The position numbers and the translations under genes are program-made. Under the pieces are notes generated by a model that was not told the DNA's origin, did not search any database, and worked only from the letters and a program-made list of their open reading frames with translations. Source: Eledone cirrhosa (lineage: Eukaryota). From it: 64,000 bases of DNA. Location of the stretch: contig OZ024747.1 of assembly GCA_964016885.1 (NCBI GenBank), forward strand, positions 25,482,001 to 25,546,000. Direction: 5' to 3'. Shown here piece by piece: positions 26,194 through 41,300 of this stretch; the first letter of the stretch is position 1; every line of letters begins with the position of its first letter.

Positions 26194-29100
26194 TGCTTGC
26201 AACGCTGGAAAATAGAGAAACATTCTTCTATTAGAATTTACAAACAATAACAAGAGGTACAAAAAGTCTTAGTTTCATACTTTATATGAAAAAGGGGAAA
26301 GAAAGTTCGACATGTCAGGCTTTAGCCCTTCTTCAGGAGTATACAGAAAATAAAAGTCCAAGTGAAAATATGGAAATAAAGAGAGTAAACATGACAAATG
26401 GTTAGGTAGTTTTGGAATGCAAAGTGAAGTGTGTGTGTAATATATATATATATATCGATAGTTGAGAGATCCCAGACCTCATTCGCTTAACGAGTGGAGT
26501 AGAGCTCGTAAAATCAGACCAAGGAAACAATGCTTTCATTTGTCTTTCCAATTGCTATTACTATCTGTTGGTTGCAACTCCAGGCAGAAGAAGCAATGTG
26601 AAATAAAGTGTCTTGCTCAAGGACATAACGCATCACCCAGTCTGGGAATCGAAATCACAACCTCATAATTGCAAATCCAATTCTCTAGCCACTCAGACAC
26701 ACACCTTCACTCACACACACACACACACACACACAAATAGACAGATAGATAGGTAGAAAAACAAGTTGACAGATACAAGACATAGAGAGATAGGCAAATA
26801 GATAGAGACAAACATCAATAGAGACAGGCAGAGACAATTGTTGTCCAAGGAAAAAGCAAAGGCTGATACAACTTAGCAGTGTAGTTGCAACTCATTTCTT
26901 GCAGCTTTGGATTGGAGAGCAAGGTATAGTGTCGTCTAAGAATCAGGCAAATGACCCTGTGATCATGAGCAAAGTACCTTCACTAAATTTTTTATTATCA
27001 CAATAGAAATCATTCATTTTACTCTATTTAAATTTTACTCTATCTAAACTGAAATGTTTAAGTGTTACAAAAGACATACATATAACTTTTTTTAAATGTT
27101 TTTTACCTCCTGCTGGCCTTCATTTTTTTTCATCTTTCTATCTTGTTTTTGTTTCTTAACTGTAAGGGCTACTAGATACCTCCCCTAGTTTATTGTGGCT
27201 TACTAGCTATATATGGATGCTTGAATTGATTAAATGAAATAAATAAAGTATAACACATTCTTATTTATTTAATGTTTTCCCTCTTCATTTAACCTTATTA
27301 CATCTAAAAACGAGTTTGTTAATTCAAATGTTTATAGTATCTTCATTAATAGACAGATTGTTGTGAAAAATTGTAGTCTTAGACTTCAATTTTTCATGGT
27401 TCTGTTTTGTCCTATTTAAGAAGGTCTGTTAAATTAAATGTTTACAGAATATTTATTAAAGAACAGTGTTATGAAATTTGCAGTAAGCTAAAGGCTTTAA
27501 TATTTTTATTATAAAGCTGTATTAGATTTTTTTTTCTTTTCAAGAATGTCTTACTAACGAGGTTTTATGTGGTATAGGACATTAAAAGTGAAACATCAAT
27601 ACACCTATAAAAAATGTGACCTAATTCAATCTTGATGAGCAAAAAATATGTCATTTAGAAAAACTATGCTATGTAATCCATTTAGCTGGATTATATGCAT
27701 ACACACACACAAAGATACACATAGATACACACAGATACACATACACACAAACTGAGTACTCTAAGAGCAACAATGACAACATTATAGAAGAATCTTTCTG
27801 TAGCTACAAGTGATAGTATATATTGACAACAACAATTATAATAAAATACAAACACCATTAACAGGTAGCCTTCACCCTGGGTCACAGATAATGGTTTCTG
27901 ATTTAGGCACAAGGCCAACAATTTTGGGGGAGGGAAAACCAATTAAACTGACCCCATTATGTTACTGGTGCTTCATTTTTATCGCCCCGTAAGGATGAAA
28001 GGCAAAGTTAACCTTGGTGGGATTTGAACTCAGAACGTAAAGGGACGTAACTATGCTGCAAAGCATAGTGTCCGACGCTCTACTGATACTGCCAATCCAC
28101 TGCTCTGGGCCACAGATAATGCTACTTAACCCATTTATTACTATATTTCTAATGAAATATTGTATATGATTTTCAAGCAATTTTGAAAATATACAAGATT
28201 TTGGAGTGATTTAGTAATATATCTTTCTTATCATTAAGCTGGTGTTTGGAACATAAAAGTTCTTACATAAAATTATGGTGGAAAGTTTTTAGATAAATCT
28301 AAACACTTTAAAAGAAACAGTTTAGTGTTATAAACCAGAACGGTTTCAGGTAGTTTGGTATCAAAAGGTTTGATCATCTACTACTAATAGTATTACTTAT
28401 AATAATGGTTTTAGATTTAGGCACAAGGCCAGCAACTTTTGGGGGAGGGGAAAGTCGGTTAAATTGACCCCAGTGGGTGACTGGTACTTTATTTTATCGA
28501 CCCCCATAAGGATGAAAGGCCAATAATTTGAGGGGAGAGAAAAATCAATTATATCAACCCGAGTATGTGACTGGTACTTTATTTTATAGACCCTTGAAGG
28601 ATGAAAGACAAAGTTCACTTTGGTGGGATTTGAACACAGAACATAGAAAGTCTTATCTAAATGTGACAAAGTAATTTATCTGACACTCCAATGATTCTAC
28701 CAACATGCTACCATACTACTACTACTAATGATGATGATGATGATGATACAACATCAAGAACAATAATGATAACTCTACAGCTCTCCCTCCTGTTCTTAGA
28801 ACTAATAATGATGGTGTTTAGTCATCTGCTGATACAGTAAAGACAACAACAACAGTAACAATACTCTTTGTACTAACAGGTAGTTCCCTCTATAGTCCTA
28901 CTCTATCTCTGAGAGATGTTTAGTCACTGCCAACTGCAGCAACCATTGACATAGTCCCCTTCTCCTACTCAGTAATACAATATCCCACCCCAAACCACAA
29001 GTGTCAATGTTAAATCACATACTAATGCATCACATTTGTCACATAGCTCTTCTCTTTTTAGATCCTTTTCAAACCAAACTGCCTGAAAACACACCAGGTT

Positions 29101-30658
29101 CTACAATACTAAGCTGTTTATTTTAACCCTTTTAATACCTACATGCCTGAAATCCCTATCAGAGAAAACCACCTATTTTAAAAGGGTTCTGCATGGCTTA
29201 GTGGTAATGGTGCAGAATTTACGAGCATGATGTCATAGGTTTGATTCCTGGACTGGGCTGTGTGTTGCGTTTTTGAGCAAAACACTTCATTTTATGTCAC
29301 TCCTGTACACTCAGCTGAAAATGAATACCAGCAATGTCTGGTGGCTTAATCCTGCGATGGACAGGTGTCCTATCCAACTCTCAGTTGCTTAATGCCACAC
29401 AAACTGGGATAAACATCAGCCTGATGAAATTCAGGGCTCGAGTTGGTCTTTTTTTTTATTGAAATTAAAAGCTCCCAACATAATTCAATATAAGAATTTT
29501 TTGTTAACTTGCATATTAACCCTTAATAATTGTTTCTACTTTTGGCACAAGGCCAGCAATTACCCAGCGCATTACTGGTACTTTATTTTATCAACCCCGT
29601 AAGGATGAAAGGCAATGTTAAACTCGGCGGGATTTGAACTCAAAATGGCAAGGGCTGTAACTCTATGCATCAAAGCATGGCGTACGAATGAAATAATTTC
29701 AGTAAATTCCTCCAAATTCTTCATTAATTAATTCAAATGCATTTCATTAGAAATATTGTAATGAAAGGTTTAACCCTTTTGATAACAAATGACTTAAAAC
29801 CCTTCTTCTTCCCCAGTTCTACAATACCAAACAGTTTGTTTTAAAGTCTTTATATTTATCTAAAAAAAATATATATATATTTTAATTCTATGCAAGAATC
29901 TTTGTTACATTATGTTTCGAACAGCAACTTGATAAAATATATCACTAAATTCCTCCAAATTCTTGATTATTTAAAAAATTATCTGACACACATAGGCAGT
30001 GTCTTTCACAACAAGTATGGTAACAAATTGGTTCAAATCCTACTAGTTCATCCAGCTGGGAGTTGATAAATTAAGAAATAGTCAAATAATAAGTATCTGA
30101 AACCAATTTAATTGACTATTTCACTCCCATATCAATGTGTATGTTCATGCAAATGTTAGAAAAAAACCCAAACATTTTTTATTCCAAGCTAGACAAGATC
30201 AGAGATGAATGAGGCTTGATCAGTGAGACTTGATCAGAGACCAGTGAGGCTTGATCAGTGAGGTTTTATCAGAGAACAGTGAAACTTGATCAGAGATCAG
30301 TGATACTTGAACAGAGAGACACTGAACTACCTAACGACTCTCTAACTATTTGTTATCATCACCACTAAAACATGTGTGGGTTGGCACAAGATAAAGATCT
30401 TGGAAACTAAATAAAATTCAACAAAAGAAGGCTTGTGTATAATGAAGATTGTTGAACAAGACACACGAATATTAATAGATTCAGAGCTTCTACCACACAC
30501 ACACACTCAGAATGCATACACTCAAACACACATTTATTAAAATCCTCCAATAAATGAAAGGAATTCCTCACCCCATTTCCCAAATAATATAAACATGAAC
30601 ACATCCATAAGCACGTGCACACATATATACATACACACAGATATACACAAACATTCAG

Positions 30659-30691
<33 letters not shown>

Positions 30692-30825
30692 GACATATAT
30701 CATTATTATTTAACATAAATACATACATATAAATGCACACATATATAGATACATACATATAAATGCACACATATATACATACATATATATGCACACATAT
30801 ATAGATACATACATATAGCATATAG

Positions 30826-30866
<41 letters not shown>

Positions 30867-30885
30867 CACACACACACACATGTAC

Positions 30886-30922
<37 letters not shown>

Positions 30923-31439
30923 TGTATATATATATATATATGAGTGGGTACATACACAGACACACATACATACATATAAATAACAAAAAAACAAAGTCAA
31001 CGTTGACAAGCAAGGCAATTATGGGAGAAATGCAGCCCCCTGTAGGAACTGCAGCTTTATTCCCTAGAGGCAAGGGACTACATTATGACAACACACACAA
31101 CAAAGAGCTCCCCCATTACACCATGAGGGGGGAGGGGAGGAGAGCTATGGATTGGGATTGAGATGTTAGCAGCCTCGGTACCGGCACATGGCACATCAAA
31201 GGCCGACCAACAACAGTGGTGGTAGTGGGGGTGGAGGAAAAAATGTTGAAACAGGGCTGTGTGGTGGTGGTAGATTAGGGAATGATGTGGGGTGGTGGGT
31301 GTATGACAGTATAAAGTAGTGTTTGATTTATTTATTTATTTATTATTCAAGACATTGCACTCAATATATGGTTTGAGTTTATTATTTAAGCACTAATGAA
31401 ATAGACAAATTGTAGAAATTCCTCTATACCACATCACAC

Positions 31440-31790
31440 TGCACTCAAACAACTGCTACTACCACACTCAAACTACTACTACTACTACCATTACCACACT
31501 CAAACTACTACTACCACCACCACACTCAAACTAATACTACTACTACCATTACCACACTCAAACTACTACTACCACCACACACTACTACTACCACCACCAC
31601 ACTCAAACTACTACTACTACTATTACCACACTCAAACTACTACTACTACACTCAAACTAGTACTACTACCACACTCAAACTAGTACTACTACTACCACCA
31701 GCACACTCAAAAACTGCTGCTACTACTACTATTACCACACTCAAACTACTACTATCACCACCACCGCCACTACTACTCAAATCACATACA
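31440..31790. repeat. Minisatellite CCACACTCAAA-(CTA)n, variable unit
   Basis: Direct reading. Confidence 0.9.
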
Positions 31791-34700
31791 CCACCAACAC
31801 ATACAGAAGAAATTCAACCAAGAATGAATTGTCTATGAATGAAGTTAAAACTTCCATGAGTGACATGACCTAGATCATTGGATCTGGATAGTGCCCCACC
31901 CCCTCTTGACACCCAAACACCACCTAACTGTTTACCAACAACAACAACAACAACACTGCAGCTTCCACCACCACCGTCGCCACCATCAAACATTCCCATT
32001 CTTAAGGAATGGGAAATTATAGTTGACATTTTTTGAGAATGAAGATAACATAATAGAAACAGGATGAGAGGATGGGAGGTGGGGGCTGGCTGGGTGGAAG
32101 GAGTGAGAAGGGGAATGAGGAGCAGGGAGATGGAAAGAGGAGAGGGAATTGAGGGGGGGGGGGGGCTGTTAAAGAGAAAAAATTAGAAATTAACACACCC
32201 AGATAATATATCTACACATTCATTTGGCCATAGTTTGTAAACTCCGGGTGTGTGAGAGCGACTGTGTGTGTGCGCGCGCGCGTATCACTTAGTCATTAGG
32301 GTATTTGGCTCACGAAAATGTGAGTTTGATTCCCAGCTGTGTGCTGTGTCCTTGACAAAGACACCTTATTTCACGTATTCCCAATCCATTTAGTTGAAAA
32401 AGATGAATTGTACCTGTAATTCAAATGGCTACCTTTGTGTTAAACTGAAATTCCTTGAGAACTTACATTAACTGTCCATGTGTCTGTGGAATGCTCAGCC
32501 ACTTGCATGTTACTATATGAGCAAGCTGTTCAACTGTTCGAACAACTGGAACACTTGTCATACAAAATGATGGAAGGCCTAAAACACGTGGTTGTTCTGT
32601 GTGTGTGTGTGTAAATATATGCATACACACATTTATAGAACCTCCTGTACCCCATACTCTGGATATTAATTTTACGTTTTCAACAGGAAACAAATTGTAC
32701 TTGATACACACATATTCACACACACATACATACACATTTACCCATAGACACTTACACAAACACACACCATCCGAAATATTTCAAACATATTTCTTATTAC
32801 ACTGATATAGTTTATATATAAACACAGATACACATGTTTACATATGTATAGAAATAAGTTGCAATGGACTGGCAACCCATACAGGGAATGTCGTCTGCTC
32901 TCAGTTGCTTAACCTCACATGAAATGGAGCTGGACACCAGCTTGATGAACTTCTAGGCTCAAGAAAAAAATATATCCAAATTATACAAAAATATGTGATT
33001 ATATAGATGAATATTTACGTTGATTGATATTTTAAACCCTTTCATTACCATATTTCTAATGAAAGATCCTGCTTATGATTTTTAAATAATTTGGAAGGAT
33101 ATAACTAATATAACTATTTTTAACATTACTTATCTAATTTCTGGAATATAAGTAAAGTTCTTACATAAAATTATGATAAAAGGCTTTTAACCTTCAGCAT
33201 GCTGCAGGCATCAAAATGCACCATATGAATAATCTCCCCTTAATAGATAATGCAGTGCTAAGGGAAACAACTCATAAAAATTACTAGCATTAAAATTAAA
33301 ATTAAACACATTAAAAAAACAATTTTGTATCATTATTATTATTACTATTATTAGGGCAGTGGATTATCAATACATTGCACAATTTAATTACAACTCTTTA
33401 AATTCTGAGTTCAAATCCTGCCAGGGTTAACGTTGCATTTCATCTGTTTGTGGTCAATAAAATAAAATACTAGTTAAGTACTGGGATCAATATAATCAAC
33501 TTACTCCTTCCCTAATTTGTTGGCCTTGTGCCAAGGTTAAAAAGAATTACCATCATCATCATTATTATTAGTTTTATTTTTCTTGTATATTCTTACTGCA
33601 TTAGTGACCACAGCTCTGTATGCCTTGGATATGTGCAGTGTTGTTTTTGATTATAACATTTCTATTGTATTGAAAGTATTCTATATAGCATGAGTGTAGC
33701 ACCTTGTAGTATTATTTTCTGTATGCTGTAGAGATTTGTAAGTCCTAGGGCTTTGTATCATTCTTCTTATTCTTAATATTATTAGGGCAGTGGATTTGCA
33801 AAATAGAATGTTGGAAAAAATGCATTGCTGTATTTGATATGGCTCTTTTCATTCTGGGTTCTAATCCTGCAGAGATCAACCTTACTTTTCATCCCTCCAG
33901 GATCGATAAAGTACCAATCAAGTATTGGATGTTGATAATATTGACTTTACCCAACCTAAAAAAAAAAAAAAAAAAAAAAAATGCTGGCCTTGTGCCTATG
34001 TTAGAGATAACTTTGTTTTTTTCAGAAACTATTATCATTATGATAATTATTATTATTATTCAATGTAATGGATATGGCTAAGTCAGTGTTGATGTTTTAT
34101 CCTATCTACTTTGAGGCACCACTAAGTTGAAATTCAGATGGAATTGATAAGGCAAGTAGCAGAAGAAATATGCTGGCATCAAATCATCATAGCTGTATCT
34201 TTTCCATCGCAACAAAATTGTTCTTGTGCTCAAGGAAGAAATAATGATTCCTAACTTTGGCACAAAGCCATAAATTTTGTAGAATGGCTGTAGAACTTTT
34301 AACCAATATTAGTATTCTACTGGTAAGTATTTTATCAATTCTGGAAGGATAGAAGTACCCCAGTGGGATTTTTGTTTCAGAAGGAAAGACGGCACATTTA
34401 ACTATTTTCAGGGCCTCTCAGATTTAACCATTTTATTGCTGTATTTCTAATAAAAGATACTGTCTATGTTCTTTAATTATTTTTGAAAATAACTAAGAAT
34501 TTGTAGGGATTTCATAAAATAACTAACTTGAAATATAACTTGGTATCATTTTCTTCCATAAAATTATGATGGAAGATAAAAGTTAATATATGAACACTTT
34601 AAAAGAAACAGCTTTGTATCAAACAGACAGGGGCAGGTTTATGCGGTTTGGTAACAAACGTTTAAAGTTAAACTGAGAAAGTAAAAAGATATACCATATA

Positions 34701-35302
34701 TACTCATATATAAGCCGAGAAATATGAACCCCCTCCTCCTGCCCTCCAGTACAAGTACTACATCACTAAAAATAACAATAAATGTATTGAGAGACCAGAG
34801 GCTACAGTGTTTGGTAATTGGAGACCCCCTATTGCTGGTCTTGTGCTAATGTTAGAAGAATTATTGATGGAATAGAGTCACGGACAGAATGTTTTGAGGT
34901 ATCTAGTTATGACTCTTTATATTCTGATTTCAAATTCCACCAAAGTCAAGTGCTGGAGTCAATGTGAACGACCTCCTCCCCCTCAAATTTCTGGCCTTGT
35001 GCTTGTTAGAAATCATCATTATTATTGAATGAAGGGTTTTTCGTTTGTGGAAAATACTTGATAACGAAGGAAGTGGAGGAAATCCAATTGATTAATTATA
35101 TAATAGATTAATTATATAATAATTATAGCATAAGTGAATGAAATAGAGAAGTGGTGAAGAATGGTAATGAAAATATTGGTAGAGATTGCTGCAGAATGTG
35201 ATAGAAATTCCTTTGAGGAAAAACATTTTAAAGGAACATACTCTTTAGCATCTTCATTCCTCATCACTTCCTAGACTTATTATGAGCTGCTTTTAAATAC
35301 AT

Positions 35303-36075
35303 TATTGGGTTAGACAGAAAGTTCTTGCCATTTTTCAAATTTTTTATTTACTTTGGTGTTTTTTATCACGAGGAAAATTTTACAAGTCAAAATACTGCCA
35401 TCATCTGCGATTATCGAGAGCCATCATTTAGGAAGGCACAAGATTCCAACACTCTAGAATTCTTCTAGCTTCAATGCAAGGATTTCTGTCAGCTAATAGG
35501 TCTTTGACTGCATTGCATTGCTCATTGAGAGAAAAAGGTGCAAGAGTGGGCAAATATGGTGGATGGGGCAGAACATCCCAACCTAGCTATAATAGCTTTT
35601 CACGGGTCATCCTTGATGTATGGGGACAAGAGTTATGAAGGAATCGAACAGAATCATGGTGTGGGTGCACCTGTGTGATTTTTGCTGCTAATCTGTCAGG
35701 ATGTTGACAATAGACGTCAGAGATTATGCTGGTGTTTGATGGGAGCAGCTCATAGGGGATGACACATTTCCAGCCCTACCCAACACTCAGTAGGGCCATG
35801 TGAGGGTGGAGGCCAGTCTTTGCTTGCCATTGTGGTGCACTCTCTTTATTAATTCATGATCACTTGTGCTTGGCATTAATGTAGGGACACCATTTTTCAT
35901 CACCAGTGACAATGGAACATAACCAGTTGGTTGTGTAATGGTAGGAGAGCAGAGAAGTTGCAGCTGCCACCCAACATTCCCGATTATAGTCAGTTAAATT
36001 GTGGGGCACCCATTGGTCCAGCTTGGACACCTTCCGTATTGCATGCAAGTGATTGAAGATGGTTGTTTTTGATGC
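35303..36075 (-). mobile_element. Degenerate mariner transposon, 3' part
   Basis: WVPHNL and IVTGDEKW motifs, decayed HPPY-x-P-x-LAP at about 35540-35570, and a TA plus TTGGGTT...AAAGTTCTTGC TIR-like end. Many stops and frameshifts. Confidence 0.85.
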
Positions 36076-36349
36076 CCCAGATACAAGTAATTCTTTTCCA
36101 TCTGAATGGACAGAAGCAATGTGAAATAAAGTGTCTTGCTCAAGGACCCAATACACCACTGGCATTCAAACTGACAACCTTATGATTGTGAGCTGAACAC
36201 TGTAACCATTAAGACATACACCTTCCATCCTTATATATCAATACATCAAATATTCTAGTTGCCACCAAAATATTTCTGACATTTAATCAGCAATCCAGCC
36301 GAGAGTAGACTTGAAATGGAAAGTGATTTTTCAGTTATATTTTGAAAAG

Positions 36350-36565
36350 AAGCAACAATTATGAAGAGAAATGCTCTACCGACCCCACCAAATCCCCCCA
36401 CACACAACCAAACAATTATGAAGAGAGGCATTTCACCAACCCCACCAAATCCCATACATGCAGCCAAACCATTATAAAGAGAAATGTGCTGCCATACCCA
36501 CCAAATCCTTCCCCACCAGCCAAACAATTATGAAGAGAAGCGCTCAACCGACCCCACCAAATCAC
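36350..36565. repeat. Tandem repeat of about 57 bp x4 (AACAATTATGAAGAGA...ACCCCACCAAATCC)
   Basis: Direct reading. Confidence 0.85.
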
Positions 36566-37706
36566 ACACACACACACACAATCAAACATAACCTAGACAG
36601 TTCAATAACAAATCCATTTAAAATACCATTTCAATAGGTTTGAGATTCAAAGAAACAATTTCTTTTATTTGGTTTTTGATTGTTTGTATTTTTTTTAATG
36701 GCTTTATTGTGCAGACTTGTATGTGTGTTTGTGTATGTGTGTGTAGGCACATGTTTGTGTGATTATGTGTATATGTATGGGTTTTTTTCGTACTAAAATC
36801 AGATATAAATCTAGAAATAAACACTAACATCAACAGCAGCAGTGAACCCAGCTGCTGCAAGAGCAGATGCAGCAGTAACAATTGTAGTGACATCAGCAAC
36901 CATAACTCCAGTAACACCAGAGATAAGGCAATAACAATAAACAATATATCTGTACACTGTTATTGTAAATTATAATTTCAGCCATTTTTCATCATCATCT
37001 TCATCTTCATCATTTAATGTCTATCACGGACCAAGTTAGTTCATAATTGGAGGTACTGACCTCTCAGACAAGTTAGGTGCCTGCATTTTACTTAACCTTT
37101 TAGCCTTTCTGTTCAAACCAGCAGTAACCAACCACTCATACTGATATTAACGTATTGTTCTCAATAAATTACATCAAAATCTCATAGATTCGATATTATG
37201 TGAGGTAAAGTGTTTACCGTGAAAATACAATAGTAAATATAGAGTAATGTAAATGTTAAAGGGTTAAATATGTTCCAGCACTTTACAGCTTGTGCAGGGT
37301 GCATTTATATTATGATATTAGCACTGGGGAGGTCATCGTGCCTTTGACACAACTGAAACACCCTTTAAATATAAGGAAAACTGTTTCATAATTTCTACAA
37401 TAATCTTTTTGAAATATGGAATGAAAAATGAAATTTACGGCACACACCTATGCAAGTTTAGATGGTCTCTCATAAGGTTTCTTGGGTGTTCTATGATGGG
37501 CCCTCAGTGTTGTTACACTTCACACCTTTGTTCTATAATAACTCTCTTGTTAGGCTGTGTTGTTATTGACAACCCCATAATTCTGGGTTCAGTTCTGTGG
37601 TATCTTGAGAAAGTATCTTCTACTATAGTGCCAGGTTGACCAATGTCTTATGAGTGAAATATGGTAGACAGAAACTGCAGAAGTCCATTGGATATATATA
37701 TATATA

Positions 37707-37968
37707 TCACCTTGATCACCTTCACCGACCAGTCTGTCGGGTGCCAACCGGCGCCGCTGGACACAGCACGTCGTGCTATTTTAGCCATAAGATAACGCCA
37801 TCCCACTGGCTGGGCGGGCAGGCCGGTACTCATTTCTACAGCTGAGTAAACTGGAGCAACGTGAAATAAAGTGTCTTGCTCAAGGAAACAACACATCACC
37901 CGGTCCGAGAATTGAACTCACAACCTTTCGATTGCAAGTCCAATGCTCTAACCACTAAGCCATGCGCC

Positions 37969-37972
<4 letters not shown>
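37707..37972 (-). mobile_element. tRNA-derived SINE with a CCTTGAGCAAGACACTTTATTTCAC core (Meta/CORE-like), young copy between (TA)n tracts
   Basis: Head GGCGCATGGCTTAGTGGTTAGAGC...GAGTTCAATTCTC; GC/CpG-rich tail. Copies sharing head and core at about 780-860, 14690-14770, 17230-17375, 26585-26710, 29193-29450(+), 32290-32580(+), 36085-36225, 55000-55110, 59400-59525, 60690-60820. Confidence 0.8.
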
Positions 37973-38056
<84 letters not shown>

Positions 38057-38079
38057 ATACATCCAGTTATGTTGATACC

Positions 38080-38315
38080 ACAGAACATCCAGTCCACACT
38101 GTAAAGTGGTCGTGTACGTGTCACGACAAAAAGCACCCGGTCCCCACTGTAAACGTGGTTGGCATTAGGAAGGGCACCCAACCGTAGAAAACCAGCCAGA
38201 AACAGTTCTATACGAGCAAGACACGGTCACTCCACCAATCTGCCTCAAGTGGGACAAACCAGTCTAACCAATGCTAGCATGGAAGATAGACGTTAAACAA
38301 TGATGATGATGATGA
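38080..38315 (+). mobile_element. Isolated RTE 3'UTR fragment
   Basis: Aligns by eye to 46400-46642 (AAAAGCACCC..CACTGTAAA..GGCATTAGGAAGGGCA..CCAATGCTAGCATGGAA..GACGTTAAA..(GAT)n). Similar fragments at about 9620-10005, 22945-23240(-), 40550-40740(-), 60195-60390. Confidence 0.75.
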
Positions 38316-41300
38316 TATATGTCTGAGTGTACGCACACTTTAATACATGGTCATGAGACATACACCTTCTAAAAATACTTAGGTTTCATGGGGTCATATT
38401 TATCAGAAGGCAAATTCCATCAGAAATTTTACACTTATACTGACTTACCCAATCATCAGTTATTTAACATATATATATGTATGTGTATGTGTGTTTATAT
38501 CTCGTAACTTAGTAGTTCAACAAAAAAAGATTGATTAAATACCACACTTAATTACTGTGATCGATACAATCTACTAAATTAAAGCAGTGCTTCACCATGA
38601 TCAGGAAAAATATAAAAGAATATAATGAATGGGTTTTATAATTTCAGCTACATTAACCCTTTTAATATATAAGGATTTCTTTTGTTTGTTTTTAAATAAA
38701 TTGTAGCATTAATGGCAGAATGACAAACCATGGTATTTGGAGATGGTGATATTGAACAGATTTGATTTTAGTATAGTTTTATAGCTGTTGAGAGAGAGAA
38801 TGAGAGAATGAGAATGCCGGAGACAGAGAAAGAGACCAAGCTACAGACAGAAAGCAATAAAAGAAAAATGTTCCATGATATCTAATAAATTGTCAAATCG
38901 ACAGGTCTGTCTGTAACCTCTCCATAATAAAAAAAAAAGCACCATCAACAACATATATGAATGGGTGATTTTTCAACTGTCTGCAAGGCAGCAATTTAGG
39001 AAATGGTTTTGAGTTATAATGGTCTGGCAGTAGTTCTTACACTTTAGACAGACACAGACAGAGAGAAGGCAGAGTGAGGTTATTATAATATCAATGTAGT
39101 ACATAGTGTGTAGACTATGGACTGGTGGCAGTGCCTGGTAGAGAGAGAGAGAGAGAGACAGTGAGGTTATTAAAATATCAATATAGTATACACAATGTAG
39201 TATAGTATATACATTGTAGAAACTATACTATGGTCTGGCACAGTAGTAAAATCTTGGTGACTAGTCTGCAACCTAGATTGGATTCCCAGTAGGAACTATT
39301 CTCATTCCAATTATGTCACTAACACTATTGGGAACAGAATAAACATTTCCATTTCTCTACTCCAATTGTCGTAAGAAAACACTTCATTTCATGTTGCTCC
39401 AGTCAACTAAGCTGAAAATATGTACCAACAGCAACTGTGGGTTAACCCTTCAATGGGCTGAAGTCTTGTCTTGTACTTCCAGCCTCTCTTAATACCAATG
39501 GAACCAAGACAAGCTCCAGCCTGATGAGACTATAAGCTTGGGACAGACTTTAGATTTAACTATGTCAGTAACAATCAGTATCATATTTCAAGTACAATTT
39601 AATTGATTATATAAAAATGTGTAATCTTATGCCTTTGTGAGAAATCATTACTATGGTAATAGAATGGCAGAATGGATAAATGGGTGAGCATAATGGCTTA
39701 CTGTATTTAGTTTGATACTTAAACATTCCAGGTTCAAACTTACAGAGAGCTAATTTTGTTTTTTATCTACCTAGTGTTGATTGAATAACTCTCAGACATC
39801 TTCTAGGGTTAAATTCCATATTTAAACCTTGCCCCTAAAAGGGTGAAGCCTTGTGAGCAATGTGAGATTGGCAGTATTGGTAGAGCATCGGACATTATGC
39901 TTTGTGGCATAGAGTTACAACTTTCTATGTTATGAGTTCAAATCCCGCCAAGGTTGGCTTTGCCTTTCATCCTTGCGGGGGTCGATAAAATAAAGTACTA
40001 GTCACTGGGGTCAATTTAATTGACTTTCCCATTCCCCCAAATTGCTGGCCTTGTGCCTAAATCAGAAACCAAGGGGACTCTGTATCTTGCATGATAGGCA
40101 ATCAGTCTATGAGGACAGTGACTCTTAAATAAGAATGATACAGAGTAGAGTGGACTATTTAATGTTACTGCAGGCACTCTGCCTACCATTACTCTAAACC
40201 TATTGTCCAATGATCCAATTGGGGATCCTCTATACAGACACTCTACCTATTAAATATAATAGTGAAATATCTCACAAAACTCCTCCTCACTCTAACATCT
40301 TTAAAAAAAGACACACTGGATAATGTAGTCCACAGTACACAATTAAAAATATAAGATGGGACGATCATAGTTGGAATTCGATTAATCCTAAGTCTGTTCA
40401 ATCACGGCTGACTTGGGGCTAAACAACAACTCATCTTAAAAAAAACTCATTCTGTAGCAAGTGACATAGCAGGAGGGTAGTTCTGTGTATTGAAACACTG
40501 AGCTGAAGTCACATTTTCAAAGTTCAGTCCTAATCAAACAATATATCATCACCATCATCATTTAACGTTGACTTTTCTATGTTGGCATGGGTTGGACAGG
40601 CTGTCAGTACTTAATAGGAGCTACTGTACTCTCAGAGAGGCTGGGGGACCATGTCTTGTTTACAGATGTTCTGGTTTTGGCATGATTTCTACAACTGGAT
40701 GCCTTTCCTAACACTGGCAATAGAACGACCACTTTACAGAATATATATATATAAACTTTCAGTAGAAGAAAAATAAATAGAGAATAGTAATAAAAAAAAG
40801 AAGTATTAACTGTTTCATTACCATATTTACAAAAATGGTAATGAAAAAATTATGAGATGTTTAGTTACATAACTTTCTTTATATAATCATTAAACTGGTG
40901 TTTGGTACACAACAAAGGTTTTTACATAAATTATGATGGAAGGTTTTTAAATAAGTATAAACACTTTAAAACTAACAATTCTATATCGTTGCACCAGGTG
41001 ATTTGATATCAAAAGGGTTAATAGTTAATCATTGTTAGCCAACTTTTTTAAAATTTGACTGCACAAACAAATTTTAACTTGTGGTTGTAAATCTGTTACA
41101 TTTAGCATTTTAATGGCCTTTTGGGGGACATGAACCCAACACCTAATTCATTGCTCTTTTATAATTTAGTAATAACAAGATTAGATTTTTTATTTGTAGA
41201 TTTTAAGATGAAAAGCTTCACTGTGTAAGCCACTCTGAAGTGCAAAACCAGAATTGGGAGAGGCTGCTGGTGGGGTTTAATTCCAAGTCTGAAAACTTTA

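Noticed and set aside
37895-37972. tRNA gene
   Set aside because: The tRNA-like head continues into a SINE core and tail and is multi-copy and decayed. No bona fide tRNA was found in the window.
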